Positions 39,806-50,630 of a DNA stretch of 64,000 nt are shown here, piece by piece. The position numbers and the translations under genes were made by a program. The DNA lies in assembly GCA_965218095.1 (NCBI GenBank), contig OZ244587.1, positions 3,680,001-3,744,000 on the forward strand, written 5' to 3'. The notes beneath the pieces were generated by a model. That model was not told the origin of the DNA. It searched no databases and saw only the letters and a program-made list of their open reading frames with translations. Within the stretch, counting starts at the first letter, position 1; each line of letters opens with the position of its first letter. Source of the DNA: Candidatus Poribacteria bacterium (GTDB lineage Bacteria; Poribacteria; WGA-4E; PCPOR2b).

Positions 39806-41719
39806 TTAGGGAAAAAAGTGATATAACGGGGTATCGGTCAGAATCCCTAAAATGCCCCAGATGTTACCCACGATATAGTCTCCTAACGCAACGCCCAAAA
39901 AGAAAGGAACTGCACGGCGATAGGATCCAAGTCCACCATAACGCAGGAGCACCGCCTTGATTATCCAGGCGACGAAGATACAGGACCACAGATTGAACAT
40001 CCCCCAACTATCCGCCGTTACATAGCCGAGTGGGTGGAGGGGCCACCACAGGAAGCGCGTGCGCAAAAACATCAGCAGGGCAGTCAACCCAAGTCCAACT
40101 CCCATAAACCCCAGCGCTGGGGCATCGGGCTCCCGGGAATAGTTCAGCCAATTTTCAAGCTGGCTGTATGTCATACGCCCATACCACAATGAATGCGGGT
40201 GGTAGTGTCCAGATTCATGGCCATACCGGTAGAAGTGATCCAACAATAGCCAAAAGGTCATAATCGATCCGATCAACGTTGCAAGCAGAATGGCAATCGC
40301 CGTATGACGTGGGTTGATATGCCGCCTTTCCGACATTTTGAAGGCTTCCAATTGCTCCGGCATCGGATTGACCCAATAGGCGCGATTGAAAAACATGTAC
40401 ATCGAAAAGACGGCGAGGGTACTCGCACCAAGACGGTATGTGCCAAACCCGGTAACAATCATGCTGTGTGGATCGATGCCCGGACGATAACCGTGTCCGT
40501 GTACCAAAAACCCCAATTCTGCACGTAGGCGGGTGATCATTATCGCTAATAAAAAGTAAATCCCGAAAAAAATTGGAATTACCCACAAGGACATCCCAAC
40601 TCTGTAGGAAAACCCCATCAAGAGGGCCATACCAACCAGAGTGCCTGCGGCCGCAAGGCGATATGGCATCGGCTCGCGGGTGTCATCCAGTTGCGATGCG
40701 GATGTGGGAGATGTGAATAAATGACGCACTATCCCTATGAAATGAAATCTGCCGATCCAGAGGGCAAATCCCAACAGCCCGATATATACGCCGAAGCCCT
40801 GTTCAGCAGCATAAGGGAAGCGTGGAAGACTTCGCCAGCCCATCATATCACCGACCATCAGTTCAATCTTGTACAGCCAGTAAAACGCCCAGCATGAAAA
40901 CAGGAGATCTAGCGGTATCATAAAGCTGATGCCAATCACGAAAGGGTAGAAAGAGAGCCGGATTCCCCCACCTATCCCCATCCGTTTGACCGGGATGTAC
41001 GGAACAGCAGGAGCGATGGAATTGAGGAGGTTGACGGTACTTATCAGTGCGGCGACACCGAAGCCAAACCACATCAGTCTATTTTTGAAGAAACGCAGCC
41101 GGGAATTGGTCATCTCTAGCGGGAGCTGCGTGAGGGGGTAACTCAACCGCTCATGGTCGGTCCACTGAAGCCGCAATAGCGTGTTAATGCACAGCATCAC
41201 AACCATCAACACGAATATGAATGCGCTCCATGCGACGGCAGGAATGAGCCACGCCTTCAAATGACGCCCAGTGTATAGGCTTGAATCCCCTTCATAGTAA
41301 CCGATGAGGGTTTTTTCGTCTTGAACGGTAAGCCACTCTGGAAGGTGCTTCCAAAACAGTTCACGCCAGTCGTTTTCGGGGGTGGCAAACCGAAACGCAT
41401 AACTCATGATCGGCACTAAGATTTGCATCATATCCCACGAACAGAGACAGGAGACAATACACAACATGAAATAGATGGTTAGCAGTTCCTGCTGAGAAAT
41501 ACCAAGGATCGGGGAGATTTTGCGGAGTATATATCCAATCAAAAGGAGCCAAAAGACAATGAAAATGACATTCGACTGTGGGTGGATGATTGTTGGGTAG
41601 TTCGGGCGAACCACTTCAAGCTCGATGAGCCACCAGATATTGATCGGAATGAGCACAAGGGCAATCAGGAAGGATTTGAGCGTTAAACCGCTTTGAACGG
41701 TGACAGGCGTGTTTTGCAT
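39806..41719 (-). CDS. Polytopic membrane protein, DUF6785/DUF6784-like (putative transporter)
   Basis: QWTDHERLSYPL, WWPLHPLGY, RYGG...PFFLG; many TM segments. Confidence 0.72.
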   Translation of the reverse strand: MQNTPVTVQSGLTLKSFLIALVLIPINIWWLIELEVVRPNYPTIIHPQSNVIFIVFWLLLIGYILRKISPILGISQQELLTIYFMLCIVSCLCSWDMMQILVPIMSYAFRFATPENDWRELFWKHLPEWLTVQDEKTLIGYYEGDSSLYTGRHLKAWLIPAVAWSAFIFVLMVVMLCINTLLRLQWTDHERLSYPLTQLPLEMTNSRLRFFKNRLMWFGFGVAALISTVNLLNSIAPAVPYIPVKRMGIGGGIRLSFYPFVIGISFMIPLDLLFSCWAFYWLYKIELMVGDMMGWRSLPRFPYAAEQGFGVYIGLLGFALWIGRFHFIGIVRHLFTSPTSASQLDDTREPMPYRLAAAGTLVGMALLMGFSYRVGMSLWVIPIFFGIYFLLAIMITRLRAELGFLVHGHGYRPGIDPHSMIVTGFGTYRLGASTLAVFSMYMFFNRAYWVNPMPEQLEAFKMSERRHINPRHTAIAILLATLIGSIMTFWLLLDHFYRYGHESGHYHPHSLWYGRMTYSQLENWLNYSREPDAPALGFMGVGLGLTALLMFLRTRFLWWPLHPLGYVTADSWGMFNLWSCIFVAWIIKAVLLRYGGLGSYRRAVPFFLGVALGDYIVGNIWGILGILTDTPLYHFFP

Positions 41720-41873
41720 TAGCGTGGATGCAACGATTCAGGTACGCACTTGCCTGCGTGGAGCGTGCAAGCAGGTTCTTTAAGGAGTGTGGCGCACAAC
41801 CAATGAACTCATTGACCTATTTCCTCAATTTCCTCGATTCTCTCGTTCGCCTATTCACCTGTTCGGACAGGCG

Positions 41874-43046
41874 CTAAGCACGGTTGCCGCCGTAGGTGGA
41901 AGACAGGGACGTGTTTTCTGTGAAGCGCGCCTCTCGCAACGGCGTGATGTCCACCGTACTGGCGGCGCCGTCTACAATGAGTTCCGCCATACATAACCCG
42001 ATGGCTGGCGAGATCTTAAAAGAGTGGCCACTGCCTCCCACAGCAAGGTAGAGGCCCTCGACATCGGGACTTTTGTCCAAGATCATGTTCCAGTCAGGGG
42101 TAACGGTGTACAAACCACTCCACCCCTTCACGAACATCGCTTGCTCCATTGCCGGCAATCGGTGACTCAGGCGGCGGGCGATGTCCTCAACGAAGTTACG
42201 TGAAACATCGCGTGAGTAATGGTTGGGGTCCGCCAACTCGTTCTCCTTGGGGTGACCAACGCCGGCGAGAAGCATCCCGCGCCGCTCAGGGCGCCAGTAG
42301 GTACGGTCTACCATGTTGGAAACCGCGCGTTGCATGGGTGGCATATCCACGGGTATACGGGCGACAACCTCTGATTCCCGCGTGACTTCCAGAGGAAGGT
42401 CTAACCCCACCCAACGTCCCACCGCTTTCGCCCAGGGCCCGGCGGCATTGACGACGACGGACGTACTAATCTCACCCCAATCTGTGACTATGGCGGAAAC
42501 GCGACCATTACTCAGCTTGATGTCGCGGGCTGGCGTCTGGAGGTAGACTTGCGCGCCATTGGCTTTGGCTTTGGCGGCGAAGGCACTTGCCATACTGTGG
42601 GGGTCTGCATAACCGGAGTCTGGCTCGAAAGCCACACAGCCGATGCCTTCGATGTTTAAGCCCGGTAACTCCTCGGCGGCGTCCGCCACTGAAATCTCCC
42701 AGGTCCGCACACCCAACTGCTTCAGCCGTGCCATGTTGCCATTGAAAATGTCGGCAGCCTCCGGTGGAACCAAGAAAAACCAGCCAACGTTGTAAAAGAC
42801 CTCTGCCCCATCAAACATTTCGGGAAAGTGCTGGAAGATCTCGACACTCTTCTTAACAAGATGGATACCGACTTCGTTGGAGTAATGCTGACGCACAATG
42901 GCCGCCGAATCACCCGTGGAGCCGGAACAAAGCAACCCCTTCTCTAGGAGCACCACGTTTCGCAGCCCTTTAGCGGTCAGATGATACAGAAGGCTCGTAC
43001 CGATGGCGCCTCCTCCGATGATGACTGCATCAGCCGTCTTAAGCAT
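41874..43046 (-). CDS. FAD-dependent oxidoreductase (DAO/sarcosine oxidase-like)
   Basis: IIGGGAIG, VNAAGPW, GGSGHSFK. Confidence 0.9.
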   Translation of the reverse strand: MLKTADAVIIGGGAIGTSLLYHLTAKGLRNVVLLEKGLLCSGSTGDSAAIVRQHYSNEVGIHLVKKSVEIFQHFPEMFDGAEVFYNVGWFFLVPPEAADIFNGNMARLKQLGVRTWEISVADAAEELPGLNIEGIGCVAFEPDSGYADPHSMASAFAAKAKANGAQVYLQTPARDIKLSNGRVSAIVTDWGEISTSVVVNAAGPWAKAVGRWVGLDLPLEVTRESEVVARIPVDMPPMQRAVSNMVDRTYWRPERRGMLLAGVGHPKENELADPNHYSRDVSRNFVEDIARRLSHRLPAMEQAMFVKGWSGLYTVTPDWNMILDKSPDVEGLYLAVGGSGHSFKISPAIGLCMAELIVDGAASTVDITPLREARFTENTSLSSTYGGNRA

Positions 43047-43124
43047 TGATGTTTCTCCTTTAGCCCCCCGGCCCCCAATTCCCCGATGGATCGGGGAAGG
43101 CTTCGGGAGTTTGTGTGATCCTCC

Positions 43125-43199
43125 CATACGTATCAAGTTAACGAGTAAGACATGGTAGATCGGAGCAGGCTCCGCGAAGAAAGGCTTTGATACGTATGG
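43125..43199. repeat. Short element with 13-bp inverted ends
   Basis: ccatacgtatcaa ... ttgatacgtatgg. Confidence 0.55.
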
Positions 43200-43461
43200 A
43201 CAGACATAGATAGCGATTATATCACCGAAATTTATCGGGTGTCAACAACGAAAAAAGGGGAAGGAAAGGTTTTCTTCCATTCCTTGTAAGCGGGGAAGCA
43301 AGGGAGTCCGATGGGATCGGACGAGCACGGGGAAAGATAAATCCTCGCCTCCTCGCCTCCTCACATATTGCTCCTCACATATTGCTCTGAATCCCGATCC
43401 TATCGGGGCTCACCCCCTCACACACTTGCGTCCATGTGTGGCCTACATCCTCGAACTCACG

Positions 43462-44319
43462 TTAGTGTACGGTTACACCAACCTCCCGTGCCATGTGCCG
43501 GATATATTGCTGACCTGAAATGGTGTCTTCGTATGGAAAGTGCTCCACATACAGCGTAACATCGTGTGCTAACTCATCCAGCCGTCTAAGGATTGTCGCA
43601 TAGTCCATAACACCTGTTCCCGGAACCGCTTCGTCTAAGTGAACCACTGATAAATGCTCTCCTCCGTTCCGCGTCACTGCCGACATCGCCAGATCTTTCG
43701 CGTGGAGTGCGGTTATCTTATCACCCAACTCATCGAAAATCTGATTTACCAGTTCCGTGGTTCTGTAGAACATGTGGGGCCATGTCAGATTCACGCAATC
43801 CATCAGCACCTTCAGTCGCGGTGAGGGGACTGCCTCAAAAAGCTCCTTGTACCGCTCCACTGAACAGAGCGGACCCATAATATGGGGGTGTGCGGCAACG
43901 TCCATCTTTTCCTGTTCCGCTTCCTGGACCAATTCCTCTACGGCAGCAATGGTTCGGCGCCAAGTCTCCTTAGACCAAACTTGGGGCGCCCCATAGGTCG
44001 TATCACCATAGGTAGAAAATCCGACGCAGTGTGCACCCAAGATGCAGGCGTGGCGCAGTTGACGGCGATAGTGTTCGAGGGCGGACTGGTAATCCTCCAC
44101 CTTCGCCGCGCCAAACCCCTTGCGGAAGCCACTAAACTCACCCCGCCGGATGCCGTGCGAGTCGAGGAACTTCCTTACCTCCTCAACATCCGCATCGCTC
44201 CAGTCGGCTGGCGTGCTCATAGAGACGGTTTTCACTTCCATTATCCCGACTTTCTGGAGAAACGCCGCCCGCTCTTCTGCTGTCTTTCCCGGGTGTATTC
44301 CCGGACTCATCAGAATCAT
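43462..44319 (-). CDS. Sugar-phosphate isomerase/epimerase (TIM-barrel) family protein
   Basis: MDCVNL, LHAKD, PGTGVMDY, VEH; AGGAGG RBS before ATG 44319. Confidence 0.85.
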   Translation of the reverse strand: MILMSPGIHPGKTAEERAAFLQKVGIMEVKTVSMSTPADWSDADVEEVRKFLDSHGIRRGEFSGFRKGFGAAKVEDYQSALEHYRRQLRHACILGAHCVGFSTYGDTTYGAPQVWSKETWRRTIAAVEELVQEAEQEKMDVAAHPHIMGPLCSVERYKELFEAVPSPRLKVLMDCVNLTWPHMFYRTTELVNQIFDELGDKITALHAKDLAMSAVTRNGGEHLSVVHLDEAVPGTGVMDYATILRRLDELAHDVTLYVEHFPYEDTISGQQYIRHMAREVGVTVH

Positions 44320-44606
44320 CTGAACCTCCTGATCCGTTAAGGTTTGTGGAGTGCCCCGATGCAATTTACCCCGCGTAGTTTGAGCGTAGCGAAATCCCGA
44401 TCCATCGGGGCAAGTAGACCGAGAATCGGGAGATAAACCAGGATGATATGCTATCACTAAATATGTGAGAATCCGCACTATGATAGCATCTGCATGAAAC
44501 GTGATGCGTGGGAAGTGACGAGTGAGGCGTAATTTACCCATCATTTATCACTTTTCACTCATCACTCCTTATGCAGTAAGGATATACTGGGAATCGACTG
44601 CTAAAG

Positions 44607-45677
44607 TTATGGTGCAGTCCGGAATGTAATAATTATTTCGTTTCTAAGCCCAACCATATCACGGATTGATATCCTTATTCTGTATGTTTTTCCGGGTTTT
44701 AGCGATATTGATGGCGTGGCATGAACTGTATTAACTTTTATATCGACGAATTTTCCTTCTACGTGTTGCCATGGTGTGTCGAGTGGTGTGCCTACCCACC
44801 TCTGTTTTGTAACGGCGGTTTCTTCTTGCCATTTTCTTAACTCTTCAGGGGTAAGTTCGTCAAGGATTATGACATTACTGTTTCTTACTAAGTTCCAACC
44901 TAGGCCACCGTGCCCGTCGTCAGATATGATGGCATTACTGTTTCTTACTAAGCCCCAACCTAGGCCACCGTGCCCGTCGCCAGATAGGATTGCGCTGCCT
45001 ACAATAGGCTCATTAAATAATATGACAATTTTTTCTGTGTTAGGATCTACGTCTGTTCTGCCTTTTAGGTGTACACGTCTTGCTGGTGCGCCGGTGTCGC
45101 TTGGTTTGTAGACATCGGGATATGCTCCTAAGCTTGAATCCCGTGGTGGCAACACTGTACTGTTGAGTATTAGTGGTGGATCGTAGTCGGGTGCGGTTAC
45201 ATAGTAAGGCCCTACGATTTGACCATTTACGATCGTGTAGCCGTTTTCATCACTGTAAACTAGGGGTTCGTATTCTTTATCTAGTGCTGTCCATGTAACG
45301 AGAAAGTAAATAGGATCGTCCGACACTGAAGTTATCTCTGATATTGGGCGGCCGGCTATCTAAGTCCTTTTATCTCCCCATCGTGCATTTGGAACTGCAC
45401 GTATTTCGTGTTCAGATAAAGTGTTTCTTATGTGGACGTTTGCTACGCCATCATAATAGTTTGAACGGTTAAACCAGATTCCGAAGGATTGGTTGTGTGC
45501 AATTTTGCCGGGTTCTGGTATTATTGTGAATGGTCTTACTTCGTGAGTTATTGCGAGGTTGTATTGCATCCAATTAGACATTGGATCTTCTGGCGTAAGA
45601 ATAGTTTCTTGTCCGCAACTGATAAAGATGATACTTAGTAATGTTAGCAGTAGCATGATACAGTAAGTTCTAATCAT
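44607..45677 (-). pseudogene. AT-rich lipoprotein gene with an in-frame TAG at 45360
   Basis: Lipobox FISC; the two listed ORFs are in the same frame, 11 codons apart; 60-bp internal duplication (GHGGLGW.LVRNSN twice). Confidence 0.7.
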
Positions 45678-45925
45678 AAGTTCCTCCTTAATAGTGTTCA
45701 GTTGTTTTCGTTTTAACCGTTCTCCAATAATGCTGCGTCAATTTTAACAAGCAAGTCATCCAAATCGTCTATATTTTCGTTATCGTCTACTTGCCACGGC
45801 AGCCGTCCCGGCATACTTTTTGTGTTCGGGTCTACTTCCACTGCCTCAAACTCTTCATCAATAGATCTTCTCAACCATTTAGTGATAGCACAGGAAAATG
45901 AACCATCCCAAGTTATTTCTGGAAA

Positions 45926-47491
45926 TTATTTCAAAATGACCATCCGCCGGGTCGCCTGGAAATCACCCGCCGTGAGCGTGTAGAAATAGAGCCCACTCGA
46001 AACAGCATGTCTTGGTTGATTCTTGCCGTCCCAATACGCGGCGTTTTCCCTGCTGATATAGCTGCCCACCCCTTGCATCCCTAAGTCCAACTGACGGACA
46101 AGCTGCCCCTGGACATCATAGATGCGAATGGTCACTGGTGCATCGGCGGCTAACTTATACGGTAGCCACGTCTCCGGATTGAACGGATTGGGGAAGTTTT
46201 GAAGCAGCGCCGTCCGCTTGACCTGCCCCAATGTTGTCGCTGTGAATAAAGACAGTTCGACGGGAAGGCCGAAATTGAATATGGAGTGATAGATATATGC
46301 TGAGCCTTTAGCAGTTGCTTGGCCTTCATCTTTCAGATAAGCCCCGACGATGGCGTAGTCGCCGCTGATAGAGACGGAATTTCCGAACTGGTCACCTGCC
46401 GCTGCGTCGCTGGCGGTTTGCTTTGCCCTCTCATTCCAGGACGAGCCACTGCGTAAAAAGGAATAGGCCGAGCCTGACTCGTTTCCCACATCATCGTCCT
46501 GATGAGCCCCGACGATGGCGAAGTTCCCGCTGATGGAGACGGAAATTCCGAACTGGTCACCTGCCGCTGCGTCGCTGGCAGTGAGTTTTGCCTGTTCAGC
46601 CCAGGTGTCCCTGCTGCGCACGAAGATATACGCCGCGCCTGAATCGGTGCCAGCATCATCGTCCTGATGAGCTCCGACGATGGCGGTGTCCCCGCTGATG
46701 GAAACAGAAATTCCGAATTCGTCACCTGCCGCTGCGTCGCTGGCAGTGAGTTTTGCCTGTTCAGCCCAAGTGTCCCTGCTGCGCACGAAAATATACGCCG
46801 CGCCTGAATCGGCGCCAGCATCATCGTCCCGATAAGCCCCGACAATGGCGATGTCTCCGCTAATGGCGACGGAAAATCCGAACTCGTCAAATGCCGCTTT
46901 GTCGTTGGCAGTGAGTTTTGCCTGCTCTATCCATTTCGTCCTACTGTGCACGAAGATATACGCCGCGCCTGAATCGTCTCTGACATCATCGTGACCCCAA
47001 GCTCCGATGATGGCGGTGTCCCCGCTGATGGCGACGGAACTTCCGAACTGTTCACCGTTCAGTGCATCGCCTGCGGTGAGTTTTGCCTGCTCTATCCATT
47101 TCGTCCCACTGTGCACGAAGATATACGCCGCGCCTGAACGGAAACCGGCAGCGTTGTCCCGATGAGCCCCAACGATGGCGATGTCCCCACTGATGGCGAC
47201 GGAAAATCCGAACTCGCTATTTGCCGCTGCGTCACTGGCGGTTAGTTTTGCCTGTCGAGCCCACGCCTGCCTCCTGCGCACAAAGATATGCGCCGCGCCT
47301 GAGTGAGTTCCTGCATCATCGTCCTGATGAGCCCCGACAATGGCGGTGTCCCCACTGATGGAAACCGATCGTCCAAACCGGTCCTTTGCTGCCACGTCAC
47401 CGGCGGCGAGCTTGACTTCAGCAGCGTGGCTCACGGTTAGCTGTCCAACGCCTAAAACCAGAATGACGAAGATCGTTTGTAACGTTTTCAT
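45926..47491 (-). CDS. Secreted FG-GAP repeat (7-blade) protein with T9SS-type-A/FlgD-like C-terminal domain
   Basis: Seven FG.SV.ISG...IVGA repeats; NFPNPFNPETW...SGLYFY...RRMVILK. Confidence 0.9.
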   Translation of the reverse strand: MKTLQTIFVILVLGVGQLTVSHAAEVKLAAGDVAAKDRFGRSVSISGDTAIVGAHQDDDAGTHSGAAHIFVRRRQAWARQAKLTASDAAANSEFGFSVAISGDIAIVGAHRDNAAGFRSGAAYIFVHSGTKWIEQAKLTAGDALNGEQFGSSVAISGDTAIIGAWGHDDVRDDSGAAYIFVHSRTKWIEQAKLTANDKAAFDEFGFSVAISGDIAIVGAYRDDDAGADSGAAYIFVRSRDTWAEQAKLTASDAAAGDEFGISVSISGDTAIVGAHQDDDAGTDSGAAYIFVRSRDTWAEQAKLTASDAAAGDQFGISVSISGNFAIVGAHQDDDVGNESGSAYSFLRSGSSWNERAKQTASDAAAGDQFGNSVSISGDYAIVGAYLKDEGQATAKGSAYIYHSIFNFGLPVELSLFTATTLGQVKRTALLQNFPNPFNPETWLPYKLAADAPVTIRIYDVQGQLVRQLDLGMQGVGSYISRENAAYWDGKNQPRHAVSSGLYFYTLTAGDFQATRRMVILK

Positions 47492-47565
47492 GAGAAACTC
47501 CTCTCAATGTGACTATTCAAGTTTGGTTTGGTCGCTTCTGCGACTGTTCTGACAAGAGCGCCCCA

Positions 47566-49221
47566 TCATTTTGACAACCGTTGTGTCCGTGCGCCGATCC
47601 CCTCGGTGATGACAAGAAGCTGATTCGCCTCAACATCCGTCACTGTTTGCTCCAAGCCACTTGGCCAGATGATTTTCACTTGCTCTGCTTTAGTTTCGGC
47701 GCCCAACCCAAAAATGACACGGAAGTCATGTCCCGAAAGATAGCTGGAGCCAGCTTGTACTTCTTTAATCTGAGCATGGGAACCACTCACAACTTTGATA
47801 CGTGCACCAATTCCATCTCGGTTACTTTGGATGCCGGCGGTTTTTATCATCAGCCAATTGTTTCCATTACCCCCTTCGTTGCGAAGCAAAACCCCTTCTT
47901 GATTCAAATTCACCACAAAAATGTCAGTATCACCATCATTGTCGTAATCGCCAAAAGCTGCGCCTCGACTCACCCGTTTCATCGAAAAATACGCGCCGGC
48001 TCCCTCGGAGACATCAAGAAAGGACGACTTTCCCCTGTTTTGGAAAAGTTGATCGGTTTGCGCATATTCGAGGGTATCTGAGCTCGATTCGACGGTCGAA
48101 TAGACATGCCCGTTAGCGACAAAAAGATCCAGATTACCATCATTGTTAGCGTCGAAAAACTTGGTCCCAAAGCCTAGTTTCAGGAAACTGGGCGCCCCTA
48201 AATGCGCGATATATGTGACGTCAGTCAAGATGCCGTCTGAGTTGTTGCGGTACAATGTGTTGGTTTCGCGGGAAAAGTTTGTCACAAAGATGTCCAGAAA
48301 ACCGTCCTTGTTATAGTCACCAAAATCGACCCCCATTCCGCCTTCGGCGGCCCCATTCTCGTTATACGCGACCCCCACAACGGAGCCAATCTCCATAAAA
48401 GTCCCATCCCCTATATTGCGGTAGAGGAAATTCGGCGTCGTGTCGTTGGCGACATAGATATCGATACGCCCATCATTATCGTAGTCCCCGCAGACGATGC
48501 CGAGCCCTTTCCCACTCTCATTGTGAACGCCCGCACACTGGGTGACATCGGCAAACGTGCCATCTCCATTGTTTCTGAAAAGAGTATCTGAGAGACCGTC
48601 ATAGACTCGTGGATTGCTGTAAACCCGCTGACCACTCGCATCATACCATTCACCATCTTTGGCAACCTCGTAATTGAGGTAATTGACGACGTAAAGATCC
48701 AAATTCCCATCGTGGTCATAATCCACAAAGGCGCAACTCGAACTCCATTTGTCGCCATCATCAACTCCAGCACCCTCAGTCACATCCGTAAAAGTACCAT
48801 CGCCATTGTTACGGTACAATACATTTGCCCCGAAATTGGTCACGTACAAATCTTGGGCGCCATCGCTGTCATAATCGGCGGCGCCGCATCCCATTCCATA
48901 GCCGGTGTGCCCCACGCCCGCCTCGGCGGTGACATCGGTAAAACGCCTGTTCCCATCGTTCCGATAGAGCACATTCGTGGGGGGCACATCGGTCACAAAG
49001 CCTGGCAACGGGGCGCTGTTGACAATGTAAAGGTCTAAATCTCCGTCATTATCATAATCGAGGAAAACTGCGCCGGAACCCATGGTTTCCAGATAATATA
49101 ACCGCCCGCTTTCGCCATTGATGTGCTTGAACGTAATGCCCGATTCCCTGGTGACATCAACAAACTGAACGGTGATTTGCGCCTGAGAGGAAACTGCGAG
49201 GGTGTTGAGAATGATGATCAT
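47566..49221 (-). CDS. CRTAC1 family (VCBS/FG-GAP plus ASPIC/UnbV) protein
   Basis: Repeated DYDNDG.LD.YV.N and LYRNNGDGTF; SNRDGIGAR...FGLG...WPSG; start uncertain. Confidence 0.9.
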   Translation of the reverse strand: MIIILNTLAVSSQAQITVQFVDVTRESGITFKHINGESGRLYYLETMGSGAVFLDYDNDGDLDLYIVNSAPLPGFVTDVPPTNVLYRNDGNRRFTDVTAEAGVGHTGYGMGCGAADYDSDGAQDLYVTNFGANVLYRNNGDGTFTDVTEGAGVDDGDKWSSSCAFVDYDHDGNLDLYVVNYLNYEVAKDGEWYDASGQRVYSNPRVYDGLSDTLFRNNGDGTFADVTQCAGVHNESGKGLGIVCGDYDNDGRIDIYVANDTTPNFLYRNIGDGTFMEIGSVVGVAYNENGAAEGGMGVDFGDYNKDGFLDIFVTNFSRETNTLYRNNSDGILTDVTYIAHLGAPSFLKLGFGTKFFDANNDGNLDLFVANGHVYSTVESSSDTLEYAQTDQLFQNRGKSSFLDVSEGAGAYFSMKRVSRGAAFGDYDNDGDTDIFVVNLNQEGVLLRNEGGNGNNWLMIKTAGIQSNRDGIGARIKVVSGSHAQIKEVQAGSSYLSGHDFRVIFGLGAETKAEQVKIIWPSGLEQTVTDVEANQLLVITEGIGARTQRLSK

Positions 49222-49312
49222 CCAGCATACGATAAAACGTGATACGTGATACGTGAATGAACCCTTGAACTCCCCGGCGGATCGGGGGCTATGAACTCTT
49301 GAACCCATTTTC

Positions 49313-50518
49313 TTACTTCGATCCTCCCTCTCCGTCCATCTTCCTGTTATTCTCCCCATTCCCCGGTTTCGCCTGGAGCTGCCGAGCCGTTCTGAATGCG
49401 TAAGCGGCTTTTTCCGCCTCTCCTAACCTTTCATACACTTTTCCAAGATTTTGGTGGAATTTAGAGTTCTCCCCATCGAGCCGAATCGCCGTTAAAAATG
49501 AGTTCATCGCTTCGAGATACTTTCCCTGGAGAGAATAGCTCATCCCGAGGTTGTTATGAGTGTTCGCCTCATTGGGAGCGAGACGGACAGCAGCTTCACA
49601 CGCTTGCTGCATTTTGTCAAAGTGGTTGAGCCTCATATAGCATGCCGCAAGCGTATTGTAAACCGCTCTGTTGTTCGGGATCAGTTCAATGGATTTTTCC
49701 AAAGGCTTGAGGGCTTTCTCAAACTTGCCATATCGTAGATGGACAAGTCCAAGCTGATACCAGAGTTCAGCAGGGTTTTTAGGGGTCTTTCGAAGAGCGG
49801 TTTCAAGCTGTGACACGCGATTTGCATAAGGTTTGAGTGCTTCATATTTCTTGATCTGCTCAACGCCTTTTTTGATATTTCCTCCTCGGATGTAGGCGTT
49901 GCCTAGACTGTAGTACGCAGAGATGTGGTCTGGATTCAACTGGATCGCCTGTTCAAAGAACTGAATCGCAGCGTCAAACTTGTTCTGCTTCAGATAGACC
50001 AGCCCGAGATCGTAATGCGGATGATAGGAGTTATCCTGCGCTTTGGGATCAAGTTCAATGGCTCGGCGCAGCGCCTGTGTCGCCTTTTGATACTCATTTC
50101 GTTTGAAATAGGCGATCCCGAGCATCTGGTGTCCAGGTGCATTATTGGGAGCTAACTTGATAACGATTTGGAATGCTTCAATTGCTTCTGTTGTTTTGGC
50201 GAGATCGACTAAATAAACCGACCCAAGCGCATAGTACGCTTCCTCACGACTCGGGTCGATTTGGATGGCCTTTTTGAGCGCTTCCACAGCGGCCAGGTAA
50301 TTCTCACTTTCGATCAGATCCAACCCGCGGTTATAATATTCTACGAACTCAGGTAAGAATTCAGCCCCAATGGGATTGGTCTGGGATTCTCGGTGCTGTG
50401 CTCGTCCGATCATGCCGGACACCGGAGAATTCAGAGCAACTTCTTTTTTCCCCTGGGCTTCACAGACTGCTATCAGGACGAAAGCGAAACAGAAGAAAGC
50501 GAGGCACTTTGTCGTCAT
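49313..50518 (-). CDS. Secreted tetratricopeptide repeat protein
   Basis: Signal peptide and many TPR motifs (AYYALG, AIQLNP). Confidence 0.9.
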   Translation of the reverse strand: MTTKCLAFFCFAFVLIAVCEAQGKKEVALNSPVSGMIGRAQHRESQTNPIGAEFLPEFVEYYNRGLDLIESENYLAAVEALKKAIQIDPSREEAYYALGSVYLVDLAKTTEAIEAFQIVIKLAPNNAPGHQMLGIAYFKRNEYQKATQALRRAIELDPKAQDNSYHPHYDLGLVYLKQNKFDAAIQFFEQAIQLNPDHISAYYSLGNAYIRGGNIKKGVEQIKKYEALKPYANRVSQLETALRKTPKNPAELWYQLGLVHLRYGKFEKALKPLEKSIELIPNNRAVYNTLAACYMRLNHFDKMQQACEAAVRLAPNEANTHNNLGMSYSLQGKYLEAMNSFLTAIRLDGENSKFHQNLGKVYERLGEAEKAAYAFRTARQLQAKPGNGENNRKMDGEGGSK

Positions 50519-50630
50519 ACAGTTTGTTTCCGTTAAAGAATAAGCTGAGATTTCTCAGAACTGAGGTAACCCGCAGCCCGGGGTACAGGCAAGCAACTCG
50601 GTTTGTACGGGTGCGCTATCACATTAATTC

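Noticed and set aside
18578-45362. Several in-frame TAG codons (18578, ~18767, ~39136, 45360) suggesting amber recoding
   Set aside because: TAG ends intact genes at natural C-termini (41874, 51123), and some affected genes have other lesions; TGG-to-TAG decay is simpler
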